In this document: positions 26,838 to 41,099 of the stretch, piece by piece
How positions within the stretch are numbered: the first letter of the stretch is position 1
Layout of the letters: every line of letters begins with the position of its first letter
Source: Felis catus
Lineage: Eukaryota
NCBI RefSeq assembly: GCF_018350175.1
Contig: NC_058368.1
Coordinates: 126,358,001 to 126,422,000 of the forward strand
Direction: 5' to 3'
Length of the DNA stretch: 64,000 nucleotides
Translations under genes and position numbers: made by a program
The notes under the pieces: model-generated
Seen by the model: only the letters and a program-made list of their open reading frames with translations
What the model was told of the DNA's origin: nothing
Databases searched by the model: none

Positions 26838-27572
26838 TTTTTTTTTTTAATCAAGACTTTAGTTTTTTAGAGCAGTTTTAGGTTCACAGCAAAATTGAGG
26901 GGAAGGTACTAAGACTTCCCATATAATCCCTGCCCCCACACATGCAGGGCTGCCCCCATTATCAACACCCCCCCAGAAGAGTGCTGCACTTGTTACTGTT
27001 GATGAACCTCCACTGTCACATCATTATCACCCAGAGTCAATGTTTACATTATAGTTCACTTTTGGTGTAGTACATTCCATGAATTTGGACAAATATATGA
27101 TGTCATTTATCCATCATTATGGGTACACAGTATCTTTTACTGCCCTGCAAAGGCTTCTGTGCTTTACTTTTTCATAGCTTTCCCCTTCCCCAACCCCTAA
27201 CAACCACTGATCTTTTCATAGTTTTGCCTTTCCCAGAATGCCATATAGTTGCAATCATATAGTAGGTAGCCTTTTTATATTGGCTTCTCCTCACTAATTA
27301 ATGTGCATTTTAGGTTCCTCCATACATGTTTATGGCTTGATAGCTCATTTTTTATCAGCACTGAATAATATTTCATTGTCTGGATGTACCACAGTTTATC
27401 CTCAGCCGCTAAAGGACAACTTGGTTGCTTCCAGGCTTTGGAAATTATTAATAAAGCTGCTTGGGCAGGTTTTTTGTGGACATAAGTTTTTAATTGTTTT
27501 GAGTAAATACCAAGGAACACGATTGCTGGATCAATGGTTAAGAGTATGCTTAGTTCTGTAAGAAACTGCAAA
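26838..27572 (-). mobile_element. Old L1 (L1MC/MB-like) 3' fragment
   Basis: agagcagttttaggttcacagcaaaattgag; ORF 27275..27658 contains DPAIVFLGIYSK...LWYIQTMKYYS (ORF2 C-terminus). Confidence 0.8.
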
Positions 27573-28129
27573 GATTTTGCACCATTTGTAAGCCTAAGCA
27601 CAGAAGGTTCCAGTGAGCCTGGCCCTCTTACTCCTGTGCACTTGGCTTGTCTTGACAATGTGCTTCCAGGATACTTGAAGGCCCTTTTTTACTTTCACAG
27701 AAATGTTCTTCTTTGACCTACCCCTATAGGCCATGCTTAGAAGCAGAAAATACAAAGCACCCCCTGGCTTTCACCTTATCTCTCCTGGACATCCATGTCT
27801 GATCCATGTTAGGGCCCCACCAGCTACCTAACAATGAGCTATATATTCTCATGGCACTTTTTAGATGGTTGTCCCACTGACACTCCAGCCTACCAGAAGG
27901 GGCTTTGTTTGCAGTCAGGGATACTGGGACTTTCCAAAACTAAAGATACATACATAGGTACTAAAACTATTCAAAAAAAAAAGCAGACTAACTGAAAAAT
28001 GTGGATCATTTGTATTCTGGAGATGAGGGATAATATCACAGGGTAGGGCAAATTGGGGCTTCCAAAGTAGTGGTGATTTTCAGTTTTTCTACCCAAGTGT
28101 TAATACATTGGTGCTTTTTAGAATATATG

Positions 28130-28390
28130 TATGTGTGTGTATAAACATATACATAAATATTTTTATATTTATGTATAATAAATATAACATAGATATATTT
28201 ATATCTATTAATATAGATATATTTATATCTATTAATATAGATATATTTATATCTATAAATATAGATATAAATATATAGATATAAATATATATAGATATAA
28301 ATATATAACTATAGATATAAATATAATAATTTATACATATTCCATGTATAAATATGGAATATAGATATATATGTATATGCATATACATGT
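28130..28390. repeat. AT-rich minisatellite with 3 x 24-bp units and inverted repeats
   Basis: ATAGATATATTTATATCTATTAAT at 28189, 28213 and 28237 (last with one mismatch). Confidence 0.9.
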
Positions 28391-28479
28391 ATGTTTTATT
28401 AACTCTGGTGTGTGTTTATGTTTAACACCAAAAACACTGTTGCTTTAGCTCAAAGGTTATTCTCTCAGATTCATCCCTA

Positions 28480-28622
28480 TTGCTTTCATTTATTCACTCA
28501 GCCAACATTTATTGAACTTCCTCACATCACATGATAGACACTGCTAGAAATAGAGCAGTGAATAGGACATGATCCCTGTTCTTATTAAATTAACAATCAT
28601 AAGGTAAGGGAATAAAAGAATA

Positions 28623-28676
<54 letters not shown>

Positions 28677-29240
28677 TATATAAAAGTATTAGTACTACAG
28701 GCTCTGATGAAAATAAATGATATGTTGCGAAAGCCAAAGAGAAGGAGGGGAGGGTGTGAGAGGGGATGGGAGACAGTGTAGGGATGAACTTGAGAGTGGG
28801 ATGCTCCAACAAAGCATCCCTGAGGAGGTGACATTTGAGAGGAAGCCGGAAGGAGGGGTGTGCAGGCGTAGGAAGATCTGGGAGAATATGATCGAATTAA
28901 AAGGAGCAACTGATGCAGGGCCTTTGGCAGGAAGGAACTAGAAGAGTTGGAGGGTTAGAGAGAAGACACTGTCTCGGGCTGCGTGAGAGTGAGGAGAGAG
29001 GAGACAACAACAGGCAGGGGCTAGACCTTGAAAAGTCTTACCGCCTGTGGTAGGGGTTGGGATTTGACTCCCAGACTATAAGGAACCACTCAATGGTCTT
29101 ATGCAGGGGGCTGATGTAGGATTTATACTTGAGATGTAACACTCTATCAATTTTCAGATACAGCACTGTAGGATGACCACATTAGGAGGAAGAAGACCAG
29201 TAAATTGCTCAGGCAAGAGATTAGGAGGTTTGGAATAAAG
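28480..29240 (-). mobile_element. L2 fragment with (TA)n at ~28628-28665
   Basis: ttcattcactcagccaacatttattga...ccctgaggaggtgacatttgag, typical L2 3' text. Confidence 0.65.
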
Positions 29241-29414
29241 GTATATCCTTGCATATACAGAGCCCTGGGTAGACTCTATATGGAATAGCACTAAGTCCGG
29301 TCACAGCTAAACGTAAGACCATTTTTGTCATTCTCCCGTGACAGTAACAAGGGCCACCATGCTCAAGCCCCATTGTATGTCACTTTCCTATGAAATGTAC
29401 AGAAAAAAGATTCT

Positions 29415-29665
29415 TTTTTTTTTCATTTTTTTTTGTTTTTGGTGGTTTGTTTGTTTTTGGTGTTTTTTTGTTTTTTTGTTTGTTTGTTTGTTTGTTTGAG
29501 AGTGAGTAGGGGATTGGCAGAGAGAGAAGGAGACAGAATCCCAAGCAGCCTCCATGCTGTCAGCACAGAGCCTGTTGTGGGGTTCGAATCCACAAACCAT
29601 GAGACTGTGACCTGAGCCAGAGTCAAGAGGGGGATGCTTAACTGACTGAGCCACCCAGGTGCTCC
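29415..29665 (-). mobile_element. CAN-SINE with expanded (TTTG)n tail
   Basis: Head actgagccacccaggtgctcc; degenerate TSD AGAAAAAA..(T)CTT. Confidence 0.9.
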
Positions 29666-30350
29666 CAGAAAAAAATACTCTTCGTCATGGGCTTTCTGAT
29701 CTTGCATGTCAGTTCTCTCATTTTTATACCTCCTCCATTACTTTCTAAGAACTCTCATACTTCCTTAGAACCCAAGAAAAGCTCTCCTCCAGCCACCAAA
29801 CTTATTTACCCCCACCAGCTGAGCCACCACCTGTAGCGCAGGTCAAATATTCCGAAAGAGAGAGGGATTCAACTGTGTACCATTTGGAATAAAGCAGGTT
29901 TTAATCTGGGACGTCTCAGGAATTTGGTTACATAATTAAAGAGTAAAAGGGCAGTTCATAATACTAATACTTTAGTGCAAGCACCAGGTCTGGATTCAAG
30001 TCACATGGTCTGAGTTTGAATTCAGACTCTGGCTCAAGCTCTATGATGGCCAATAGGTAATTTGGTCTCTCAATGCCTCAGTTTCCTCACCTCCTATCCA
30101 GTGCGTAAAACCCATCTTTATGCTTTTTGTGAGAATTAAAAAAGAAAATTCATATAAGGGGCCCAGAGGGCACTGGGACACATGCTCAAGTGTAAAGTAG
30201 ATGGAACTATTAGTGCCATTGCAGCCAGCATACAAATTTCTAGGTGTTTTTAATAACATGTATTTCTCCAATGAACCTTGAGCACTTTCCAGATTTTTTT
30301 TCTTGTAACATTATCTCTCAAGTTCCATTTTTATAGTAAAGAAAATTAAA

Positions 30351-31232
30351 GGGGCACTTGGGTGGTTCAGTCAATTAAGCGTCCCGACGCTTGGTTTTGG
30401 CTCAGGTCATGATCTCTCAGTTTCGTGAGTTCAAGCCCCACATCAGGCTCTACGCTGACAGTGTGGAGCCTGCTTGAGATTCTCTCTCTCCTTCTCTCTG
30501 CTCTCCCTACCCTTGCACTGTATCGGTCTTTCTTAGAAATAGATAAACTTTAAAAAGAAAGAAAACTGAAGAGTTGAGTGGTTGATTGGAGATCATACAG
30601 CAGAGTCCTAGGATTTTAGTTCATAAAAGACCTGAGTGCTCAATACTGCTGGGAACTTCCTACCTGAGGAGCTTTTTAAAAAACTACTGATGTTTCAGAC
30701 ACCTGGGTGGCTCAGTTGGTTGAGCGTCCAACTTTGACTCAGGTCATGATCTCGCAGTTCATGGGTTTGAGCCCCACGTCAGGCTCTGTGCTGACAGCTC
30801 AGAGTGGGGGAGCCTGCTTTGGATTCTGTGTCTCCCTCTCTCTCTGTCCTGTCCCTGCTCATGCTCTGTCTCTCAAAGATGAATAAACATTTAAAAAATT
30901 TTAAAAAACCCGATTGATGTTTAGTTATACCCTTAGATATTTTTGCTTTAATTTTTGTGGACTGGAACCCAAGCATCAATATCTTTAAAAGCTCCTCAGG
31001 AGATTTTAGTGAACAACTATAGTTAAGACCAGTGACCTCGGAGTGTCTGCATGGCTCAGTCAGTTAAGTGTCCGACTTTGTCTCAGGCCATGATCTCAGG
31101 GTTCGTGGGTTCGAGCCCTGTGTAGGGCTCTGGGCTGACAGCTCAGAGCCTGGAGCCTGCTCTGGATTCTGTGTCTCACTCTCTCTGCCCCTTCTCTCTC
31201 TCTCTTTCAAAAATAAATAAACATTAAAAAAA
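30351..31232 (+). mobile_element. Cluster of three co-oriented CAN-SINEs (~30351-30560, 30697-30908, 31040-31232)
   Basis: Three heads with ggctcaggtcatgatctc-like cores and (CT)n/A tails. Confidence 0.9.
30640..31035. mobile_element. MER5-like hAT element interrupted by a CAN-SINE
   Basis: acctgaggagctttttaaaaaactactgatg...ttaaaagctcctcaggagattt. Confidence 0.55.
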
Positions 31233-34200
31233 GAACCAATTACCCACTAAAATCCATTTTGCAGATGAGAAAATTGAGATTCTCTGTGATAGAATGACTG
31301 GCCCAAGCTAGTTAATAATGTCAGAGATAGGGATGGACTCTGAAGATGAAAAGGAGATAGTCTTAAAATTCTAGTAAATTAACCAATAAAAGGCATATAT
31401 CACGGTGAGAGTTATGTCTCCTAAGAAAGAACAACATGACTTTAGCCTGTTCTATGATTAATGTACCTATAAGGAAGCACAGACAATGGGTTCAGAGAAA
31501 CTCATGTGGGAGTACCTGACAGCTTACTTGAGGCCATTAACCACTTATGCCCCACGCACTTCAGCTGTTGCTTTCTGGGTGAATGTTCTTTGGTCATCTG
31601 AAGCTGAATTGCCTTCTGAAGTCTATTTCCTAGAGGGAGAAAAGGGGACCCTGCTTATCAGGGTCTTTTCAGACAGGTCCCTAGCCCCTACCCACTCTGG
31701 GAATATTTATTTTATTCACCTCCTACTAGTCCTCAAGGGAATAGAGAGTTACACAGGACATCATCTCAGGTAGGGAGGGTAAATCTATAGAAGTTACTAT
31801 TCTCTGCTTCTCCTATTTTCTCACTCAGAATCAGTGTACGTTGGAGATTTTTCAGGGTCTTAATGCAAAGGATTTAGAGTTGTGCCTTCCTCTTTAAGCT
31901 AACCTACCGCCCCAGTGCCCCCCTCCTGCCAGGGTGAAATGGTTACGCTGGTCTTCACTGTCCTGTATGTGGGAGAGAGTGTCTGCTAGGCTCCACTTCT
32001 CACATCCAGGCTGACTTTTGGGTGAAGTTTCAAACTATAGCCAGTTACTTAAAATTGGTGATGTGTTATGCCTCTCAACATTTACTGAAGAAGTTGGCAG
32101 AAGCTAACAATGATTTGGTATCTGCTGTTAACTCTAGTTTACAATGCCTTCCTCAACTGAACAGAAACTCTGTTGAAATAGTTAACAGTTACCTGACTTG
32201 TGAAATCATATCCACAGTCTAAGATGAATGGGGAGTCTTTTTACCATAGGAGTGCTAAATTATTCAGCTTTCAATTTTAGTCATGAAGAAGCAAAATATT
32301 TTCAGTGTTTTTTTTTTCTTAATGAATGATTTCTCAGTTTCCCCAATGTTTGTTTATTTCATTCTGAAGGACAAAAAGGGGAAAACACTGGGGGAGGGAG
32401 GGAGTGTTGTTCAACTGAAGCTGAAGCAAGCTTTAAGTCGTGTTATCTGATCTGTGTAGCAATTAGGAAAGACTCATGATGAAAAGAGGGAGTTGGACTA
32501 AAAGGAAGTGTATGCTACACTTGAAAACCAGTTTCAAAAATCCTCTTCTGAATGCAACGAACATTTATATTGTTCATTTGTACTTGGTAGAACTTGAAGG
32601 AAGCTAAGGGATCACCCAATCCATTGTTGTCTTATGGATGAAGAAAGCAAGACTGAGAAGTTCTGTTACTTGCCCAAGATGCCAGAATTATTTCTTTTAG
32701 GTAAAACTGCTTTGTACTTATCTATTTTTAAGTTGAACATGATTTTTCAGCACCTCATCTTTAAGTCAAGGTATGCCAATGAAAGACCATTTATATAATC
32801 TCAGAAAGTAAAATTTCCCTACTTTGACTGGGCTGGAGCCCAAGATTCATTACTAACTCCCCTCTTTCTTACCACCAGTCTTACCAACCTCCAGACTCAA
32901 GAAACTCTAGATAAATTTGGAATTCAACCAGCTGAAAGTCTGCCTATAGTTGAACAAAGTGTTTCTCCATCCAAATGAGTAGACCAGACCAGTCTACCAA
33001 AGGAGATGGTAATCTGAATGAATAAAAAACATATCTTAGAGATATTAGATAGATTATCTCAACTTTTTGTGACTTTTTAAAGAATTGTCTTATCACACAT
33101 TCCCAATTTCTTTTAATTAACATACAGTTTGCATAGAGTGCACAAATCATAAACAGAGAGCGTAATGAATGGTTATATATAACCACCACAAAGATCAAGA
33201 TATAGAACGTTTCTGGCATCTGAGAAGGCTCCCAGTCTATAGTAATCACCATTTTGCTGTCTTCTACCATCATCTGTTTGTAGATAAGCTTTCCATGGTT
33301 TAAGAATGGAATCTTACAGTCTGTACTCTTTTGTGCATAACTCTTTAAAGTCTATATTATATTTCTGAGATCCATCTATGTTGTTGTAATCTATTAGTAG
33401 TTCAGTTCAAGTTTTTTATTGCTATATGTAGTATTCAGTTTCATGAATTTATCATGTTCTTTTTACCCACTGTATTGTTGAGGGAACTTTGAAATGTTTC
33501 TAAAGCTTTAGGATATTTTTAATTTAAAGCAGTTATAAACAGAAATGGCCCTCATTTCTGTTGAGTATATACCTAGGAGTGAAATTCCTAGGCCTTTTTG
33601 TTTTTTTGTTTTTCTTACATTATCAGTTTTGTTTATTTTTGTTTGGGTTTTTGTTTTTGTTTTGTTTTGTTTTAGCCCTGGACTGTAATCATACTTTTCT
33701 AAGTTGGCCAATGAACCATAAACAATGTACCTCTCTTTAGGCCTGACATGAGTTTCAGGGGGCAGATTTCACAGTTTAGAATGGAACACCAGTAAGGTAC
33801 TATCTTTCATAATTCATTCCCAACAGCCCTTCATAACCTCCTTCCCTCAGGGGTTTTTGCCTGGAACCCTTCTATTCTGCCTTGATTAACTCCCTTTTAT
33901 TTTATTAGCCTTAGCTCAGGTCGTGCCTTCCCTGACCATTCTGAAATGGATGTCTCTTTTCCTTACTCCCCATTTATAATATTGCCCATTTATAAGCAGA
34001 GAGGACTCTCTGCTTAAGTGTGTCCTTCCTAGCCCTTATCACCTTGATCTGAAATGACCTGTGGATACAGCAGCCTCTTCCAGGAGGTTTCATTGCTACA
34101 AGGCAGTTCGTTCATTATGGCATCCCCACTGCTTAGCACAGGCACGATGCCTGGCACAATGTCAGTCCCCAATCTGTGTTGACAGTATTGCTCTTCTGAT

Positions 34201-34979
34201 GTCTGGTTGGTGTTTCAGCAATGAAGTCTTCTTCTTTTAAATCCCCTGATACAAGGGAAATCCTCTGGAGTTGAGAAACTTCCAATGCAATTTAAAAGGC
34301 AAAATTTCCATTGCTTTATGATCTCGTCTTTTTAATTCAGCATTTTCCATTTTTATACTCTGTGGAGTTGTTCTCTGAGAAATGCTGCTAAATAAGAGAT
34401 CTATGTGGGAAACCTGTTACTCATCCAAGCAAGCCAGCAAGTGTAGTGGTTTAGTACACAGGTGCCGGAGGCAGCCTGCCAGGCCACACTGGGTGGGTGA
34501 TGATGTTACCACCCTGCTTCCATTTCCTCCTCTGTACCATAGGGTGAAGAGCAGCCCTATTCTCTGGAGTTGTTGTGAGAATTCACTGAGGAGTACACCA
34601 AACGTTGAGGAGACTTACTGAGTGTCCAGAATGTGCCGGTTACTATTATTAAACAGTTTTTCTTTCTACCTACTAAAAAATCACAGAAACAGCACAACTC
34701 AGAATATACTTACTTGGGGAAATTCCTGTGTCATCAACTTAAAGAATATGAACACTTTCTGATCCAAAATTGGGACACTGGCTTGACAAGTGTAAATGTA
34801 ACTTGCGGCACTGGGGCATAATATTTCAAAGGAGGACTCTTTTAGCAATCCCGCGAGCAAACAAATCAACAAGACCTCTATGTAACTACATTTTAAAATC
34901 TCTGTTTTTAAAAAAATTTTAAGTGCAAGTGCAAAAATGACTCTTATTGACTCTGAAGGGAGGACTGCACCTTTTATTT

Positions 34980-35290
34980 ATATTGCACAAACAAAAAAAG
35001 CATCTGGGCTTCATGCATCATTTTCTGATCATTTTCTGATTTAGTTGGAGAATTATTACTTGATAACAAGAAGGGCTGAGCTTCCTTTTTCAAAATCTCA
35101 TGCCATTTATCTTAATTCTGGTGCATCTGATAAGAACTTCCTCTAGAGCCAGGAAACTTTGCAAGTATGAAATAATCTGAAAGGAGGACGTAAAGAAGGA
35201 AGTAACTGACCAAAGCAAAAAAGGGGAACATCAAAGCAGGTTTAACCAAAAGAACAGAAGGGAGCTTGGCACAGCAGTCTCAAGGTAAGA
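34980..35290 (+). promoter_or_regulatory. Candidate GAPT promoter and non-coding first exon ending at a 5' splice donor
   Basis: Non-repetitive DNA with a C/EBP-like ATTGCACAA (~34983), overlapping E-box/GATA CATCTGATAAG (35124-35134), PU.1/ETS ACTTCCTCT (35136-35144) and AGGAAGT (35197-35203), then a strong donor CAAG|GTAAGA at 35284/35285. Confidence 0.5.
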
Positions 35291-37128
35291 ACCTGATTTA
35301 AGGTGTGTGGCTAATGAACAACTGTAAGAAACAAATTCATTTTAAATAATCAGTGACTTTTTTTATGTTACCAGCCACAGTTTTTAGATGGCCTTAGGTG
35401 GTGATAGGGGGAAATATCAGTTTACAAACGGAGGGTGATGTTATGCTTACACGTGTAAGATTAGGTTTTTCCAAACACAAGGACAATATCTGCCTTTGAA
35501 AATTCCAGAAGTCTATCAACCACATGTAATTTTAGGACAAATGAATAATTGTTAGTCTGTTGGAACTGCTTTCAAGAATGAAAACAGTCTTCTGTAAGAT
35601 TGGGCAAAGTCAGGCTTACAGGGATGTTAAGCTATCTTTGAAGGGCTCTTGTTTAACACATGGTTTTCATTCTAGTGGGTCTTTCCTTTTTGCCTCTCAG
35701 AGTTTTTCCTGTTAAGTTATTTTAGAGAAAGGAAAAGGATGCATTTTTTCTCCTGTAAGAAGTTTTCTTGTGTTTATTTCAGTAAGTACTTCTTTTGACA
35801 AACAGTTTTAATATTTGAAATGTTCTGGAGTGCCTACATAGAAGAAAATAGATGGTAAAAATAAATTCTCCTCTTGGAAATTGAGAGGGCAATTTATTAT
35901 CTTATCCTCAGCAATAGTTAGCCTTCCCCACTTTTGTTGCAAGCCTAGCACCTTTTAATAAGGTGATTAATTTTAATCTATATTTGAAATTCTGTTCAAA
36001 TGTGCTAACAAATTTTTACTTAAACGAGTAATCACTTTTAACATAAAATATCTTACATATGATTGGTTCTCATCTGCTTTAGAAAGGAAATGAGATCCTA
36101 ATGGTTAAAGTCATTTGCCAAATATTTGCCTTCACATAAGCATTGTGTCTGACCTTATAAAGGAGAGAATTTACCACGATTATAAAGAGATTAAAAGATG
36201 TCTAGATCCGGGCTATCTGTCCATATATTTTTATCAAATAAATTATATAAAAGATAACTGAATCTCATATGTAATTTGGTATTTTGTGTGACATGCCAAA
36301 CTGAAAATTTGCACATTGATGTATTCCAATGGTGAAAAAATTTAGAAAACTTTACTGTCTTGTGTGAATACTCACTGAAAGCAGGGCTCAACTTTGTGGG
36401 GTTTCCTTTTACCTGTTTATTGTTACTGTTGTTATCCTAATGCAGTTTGCTCTATTCACTAACAAATATTTAAGAAAGTAGCTCTTCTGTGTCTAGTGCT
36501 GGATTTGGTAATGTAAAGATAAATAAGAACTCCAGCCCTCACGAATCTCAGAGCTAATCAAGCTTTAAAATTTTAGCGATAGATGTTTTTGATAGCCATT
36601 TATAGAAATGTGGGTAAGAAGAGTATTTGGAGGCAAACTTTGCTTGGAATCCTGATTCAGTCACTTCTTAGTTATTCAAGAAGTTACTTAAACTCTTCAA
36701 TCCTCTCCTCGCTCTTCTGTAAAATGGACATAACAATAGTATTTACTTCATACGGCAGCTGTGGGATCAAAGGAGATAATCCATCTATCTAAAAGTGTTT
36801 TAAATCTGAAACGAAAGAAGCTCTTAACTAAATATTATCAATACTGACATTCAATAGATAATAATCATCCCACAAGCACTGTTCACAATATTGGATGACT
36901 ATAGCTAACAATACTGTATTGTATATTTGAAAGTTGCTGAGAGGGTAGATCTTAAAAGTTATCATGACAGGAAAAAAATTGTAGCTATGTGAGGTGATGA
37001 TCATCAGCTAAATTTAGTGCAGTGATCATTTCGCAATAATACATATGTCAAATCATCATGTTGTATATATCTTGAACAAATACAAAGTTGTATATCAATT
37101 ATATCTCAATAAAACTGGAAACAATGAG

Positions 37129-37349
37129 AGGCACCTAGGTGGCTCAGTTGGTTGAGCTGCCAAACGGTCGACTTCGGCTCAGGTCATGATCTCACGGTCC
37201 GTGAGTTCGAGCCCCACGTCGGGCTCTGTGCTGACAGCTCGGAGCCTGGAACCTGTTTCAGATTCTGTGTCTCCCTCTCTCTGACCCTCCCCCGTTCATG
37301 CTCTGTCTCTCTCTGTCTCAAAAATAAATAAACATTAAAAAAAAATTTT
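37129..37349 (+). mobile_element. Young CAN-SINE in the putative GAPT intron, next to an L1MA 3' fragment (~36870-37115)
   Basis: CpGs retained; TSD AAACTGGAAACAATGA. Confidence 0.93.
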
Positions 37350-38354
37350 AAACTGGAAACAATGAAAATGGTATTAGATGTAACTATTTCTGTGTCTAGG
37401 CTAAGAACATAGAGTAATACTATTTTGTTGATAAAATCATAATACAACAACTCAATCTGGCTATAAATACTTTTCATTTCTCTCTTCATTGCTATTTTAA
37501 AGCATTGACAGAAAACATTCTAAAATTATCTTAATTGAAATTTTTTTTTGCTGGAAGTTGTGAGAGCACTAGTGATAGGAAGACTTTCAAAGTATTTTTA
37601 GATATTTTATGTAATATAAAAGAGCTATTGTCTTCTATTAAGTATAAACTATGCCCTTTAGAAGATGTATCTTAGTATATGTGCTGCCAAAGTGAGCGCT
37701 AGAAGATGTGTCTCAAGTTTTAAACTGTTGACTTAAGCAATTAGATGCTGACGTTAGGAGTCATTTGTTTCTTGACTCATTTATTTAATAAATATCAGTT
37801 GAATTCCTTTTCTGCACTAGCTGTTAATGGTGTTCTCTAGGAATATAAAGACGAAAAGACCCAACCCCCGCCCACCATTTAACCAGGTAGGAAGACACAC
37901 AGTTCCCTGTAAGTTAGGCTATCATGCTCTACCCGGGAATGGATTCATTAATAGGGAAGTACAGAGGAAGGAGTGATTAAGGAAAAGACATCGTCCCTGA
38001 CTACGCCACAGGCATCACGGAGGAGGTGATAAGCAATGGAAATTATTGCTGTGTGTACTCGTATCGCTTCCACCTGTTGCATTCAAAGCATTGTGTTTCA
38101 CTTGAAAATTATTAGCCTCATTGTCAAAAGTCATGTTGAAATCTAATTAATAAAATCACTCACACTTGGCCAGATAGAAGTTCTTCTCTTTTTCTCTCCT
38201 CACAACAGCTAGTACTCTCTTCTCTTTTGTAGCAGGAACTCACTAAGTGCTGGTGCTTAATATGGTGGGAGATATTGGCAGATTTTTTTATTATGCTATG
38301 TAATAAATATAAAACTAATATGTTTTGTTATGCTATGAAATAAACACGCAGTTA

Positions 38355-39239
<885 letters not shown>

Positions 39240-39681
39240 CTTTTCAAAACACTGGGTTCAGTTATTAGAGGATAAATATTCACTGGGACTTTTCTTGTAC
39301 TTATGCCATTGTTAATCCTGTTCTTCGAGTGAAACTCAATGATCTTTTATCTGTCTCCACCCTTCTGAACCTTCTGTCTGTGTATCACTGTGGGTTAATT
39401 CCAGGGATCCCCTTTACCCTCATTTTGCTAGGTTAATTCTGCATTGTGTTATATTGATTCTTCCTTCTGTTACCTGTTATCTTTTTCTTTTATTTCTCTC
39501 TCTACCATCTTTTCTGGCTCAAGATTGCTGTCAGTCTCCTAACAAGTCTTTCTGGCTCTAGTGTCTACACATTCACCCATGATGTTGCCAGATTTATCTT
39601 CAGAAAATATTTCCAATGCTGCATCACTCCTTTGCTGAAACCTCTTAGTGTCTCCTCTTTGCAAATGACATGCTATTTATA

Positions 39682-39911
39682 ATTTTTTTTAATTTTTAAA
39701 ATGTTTTTAATTTATTTTTGAGAGAGAGAAAGAGAGAGACAGAGTACGAGTGGGAGAGGGGCAGAGGGAGAGGGAGACAGAATCCACAAAGCAGGCTCCA
39801 GGCTCTGAGCTGTCAGCACAAAGTCCGACACGGGGCTCAAACCCATGAACCACGAGATCATGACCTGAGCTGAAGTCAGATGCTCAACCAACTGAGCCAC
39901 CCAGGAGCCCC
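39682..39911 (-). mobile_element. CAN-SINE, antisense, ~440 bp after the GAPT stop
   Basis: TSD-like ATG(C/TAC)TATTTATAAT flanks. Confidence 0.92.
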
Positions 39912-41099
39912 AATGTACTATTTATAATCTAACTCTAGGACTTATGATTTCCCACAGTTGGTTCCAGTTTACTTTTCCAGTGACTCCTACTAATTTCTCA
40001 CTTGTCTGCTTTCCTCATAATCATATGAGAATTGCCAGACCCATCCCTCCTCCATGGCTTTGTTGGTCTGCCCCCTTTCAAGCCTGCCTCGTATGGTAAC
40101 TTCTTCCACATGTCTTCTGAGTTATTCCAAACCTGCCTTTACCTTTTTCTTTTCTTATTTCCTATAGATTTTTCTGCCTGTTTAAGTCTCTGGGAATTCA
40201 AACATATGAATGTTTTCTATGGCATTTTACTATTTAATGTCATATGAGAATGTCTTAAATTCCTTGCTAAGTAATAAGGAAGTGCCTCATATTCCTATTT
40301 TAACTCCAGTGCCTAGACCATTATATGAGGCAATCAGTATTGTTCGATTGACAAGAATTAAGGTGTGTATTTTGCTCAGCAGTTTGGAGAAAAATCTAAT
40401 AAATTCATTCATTCAAGAAATATTTTTCAAGTACCATCTGTGTACTTTTACTCGGCACATGGAAGGGCTAAAACGTATAAAGAAAGACATGGGTCTTGAA
40501 TGCATATTGTCTAGTAGGAAAGAAAAGACAATAAATAAATATGCACTTCTTAAGCTGTAGTATCTTATCCCTGAAGTCTTCCTTTTATATGCTGTCCTGA
40601 ATTGATTAGGGTGAGACTCTGCAAGCTGTATTTTTCCTTTGCCAAGTGGACCCATATAGGGCTCTGTGGACCCATATAGGGAGCACCGTGGAAGACTTGT
40701 AGACGATTGGAACCAAAAGGGACTTACTCTTTCTCCTTGGGGCCCTGGCAGGTACCATTGCCATGTAATTTATTCCAGCATCACCAGTTCTTTGCATTTT
40801 CTAGTTTCTTCTGGCATTCCCAGAATCAGCTCAATTGCACACTGTCAGAGGTAACAAGCTCACCTTAGAATCTGAGAGGCAGCTCTTCAGAGCCTCCTCT
40901 GGAGGAGACAGATGAGACCCTCTGAGCTTCAAGTCCAAGCCCGAGGCATGGGTGCTCTCTCCTGCAGTCACTGTCTTTGTGGCACCTCGGTGTCCTCTTT
41001 ATATCCTTCCAGTCAACTAATACCTTTTTGCTAATTCTCTGTATTAAATTCTCCCTCTTAAACCGGTAAGCTTTCTGTTTCCCAGGGTGGACCCCAGTA

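Noticed and set aside
28089..28388. ORF with repeated SILIDINI peptide
   Set aside because: Translation of the 24-bp AT-rich tandem repeat.
40646..40681. 16-bp direct repeat GTGGACCCATATAGGG x2
   Set aside because: A simple local tandem duplication in probable old LTR sequence; only two copies, no array.
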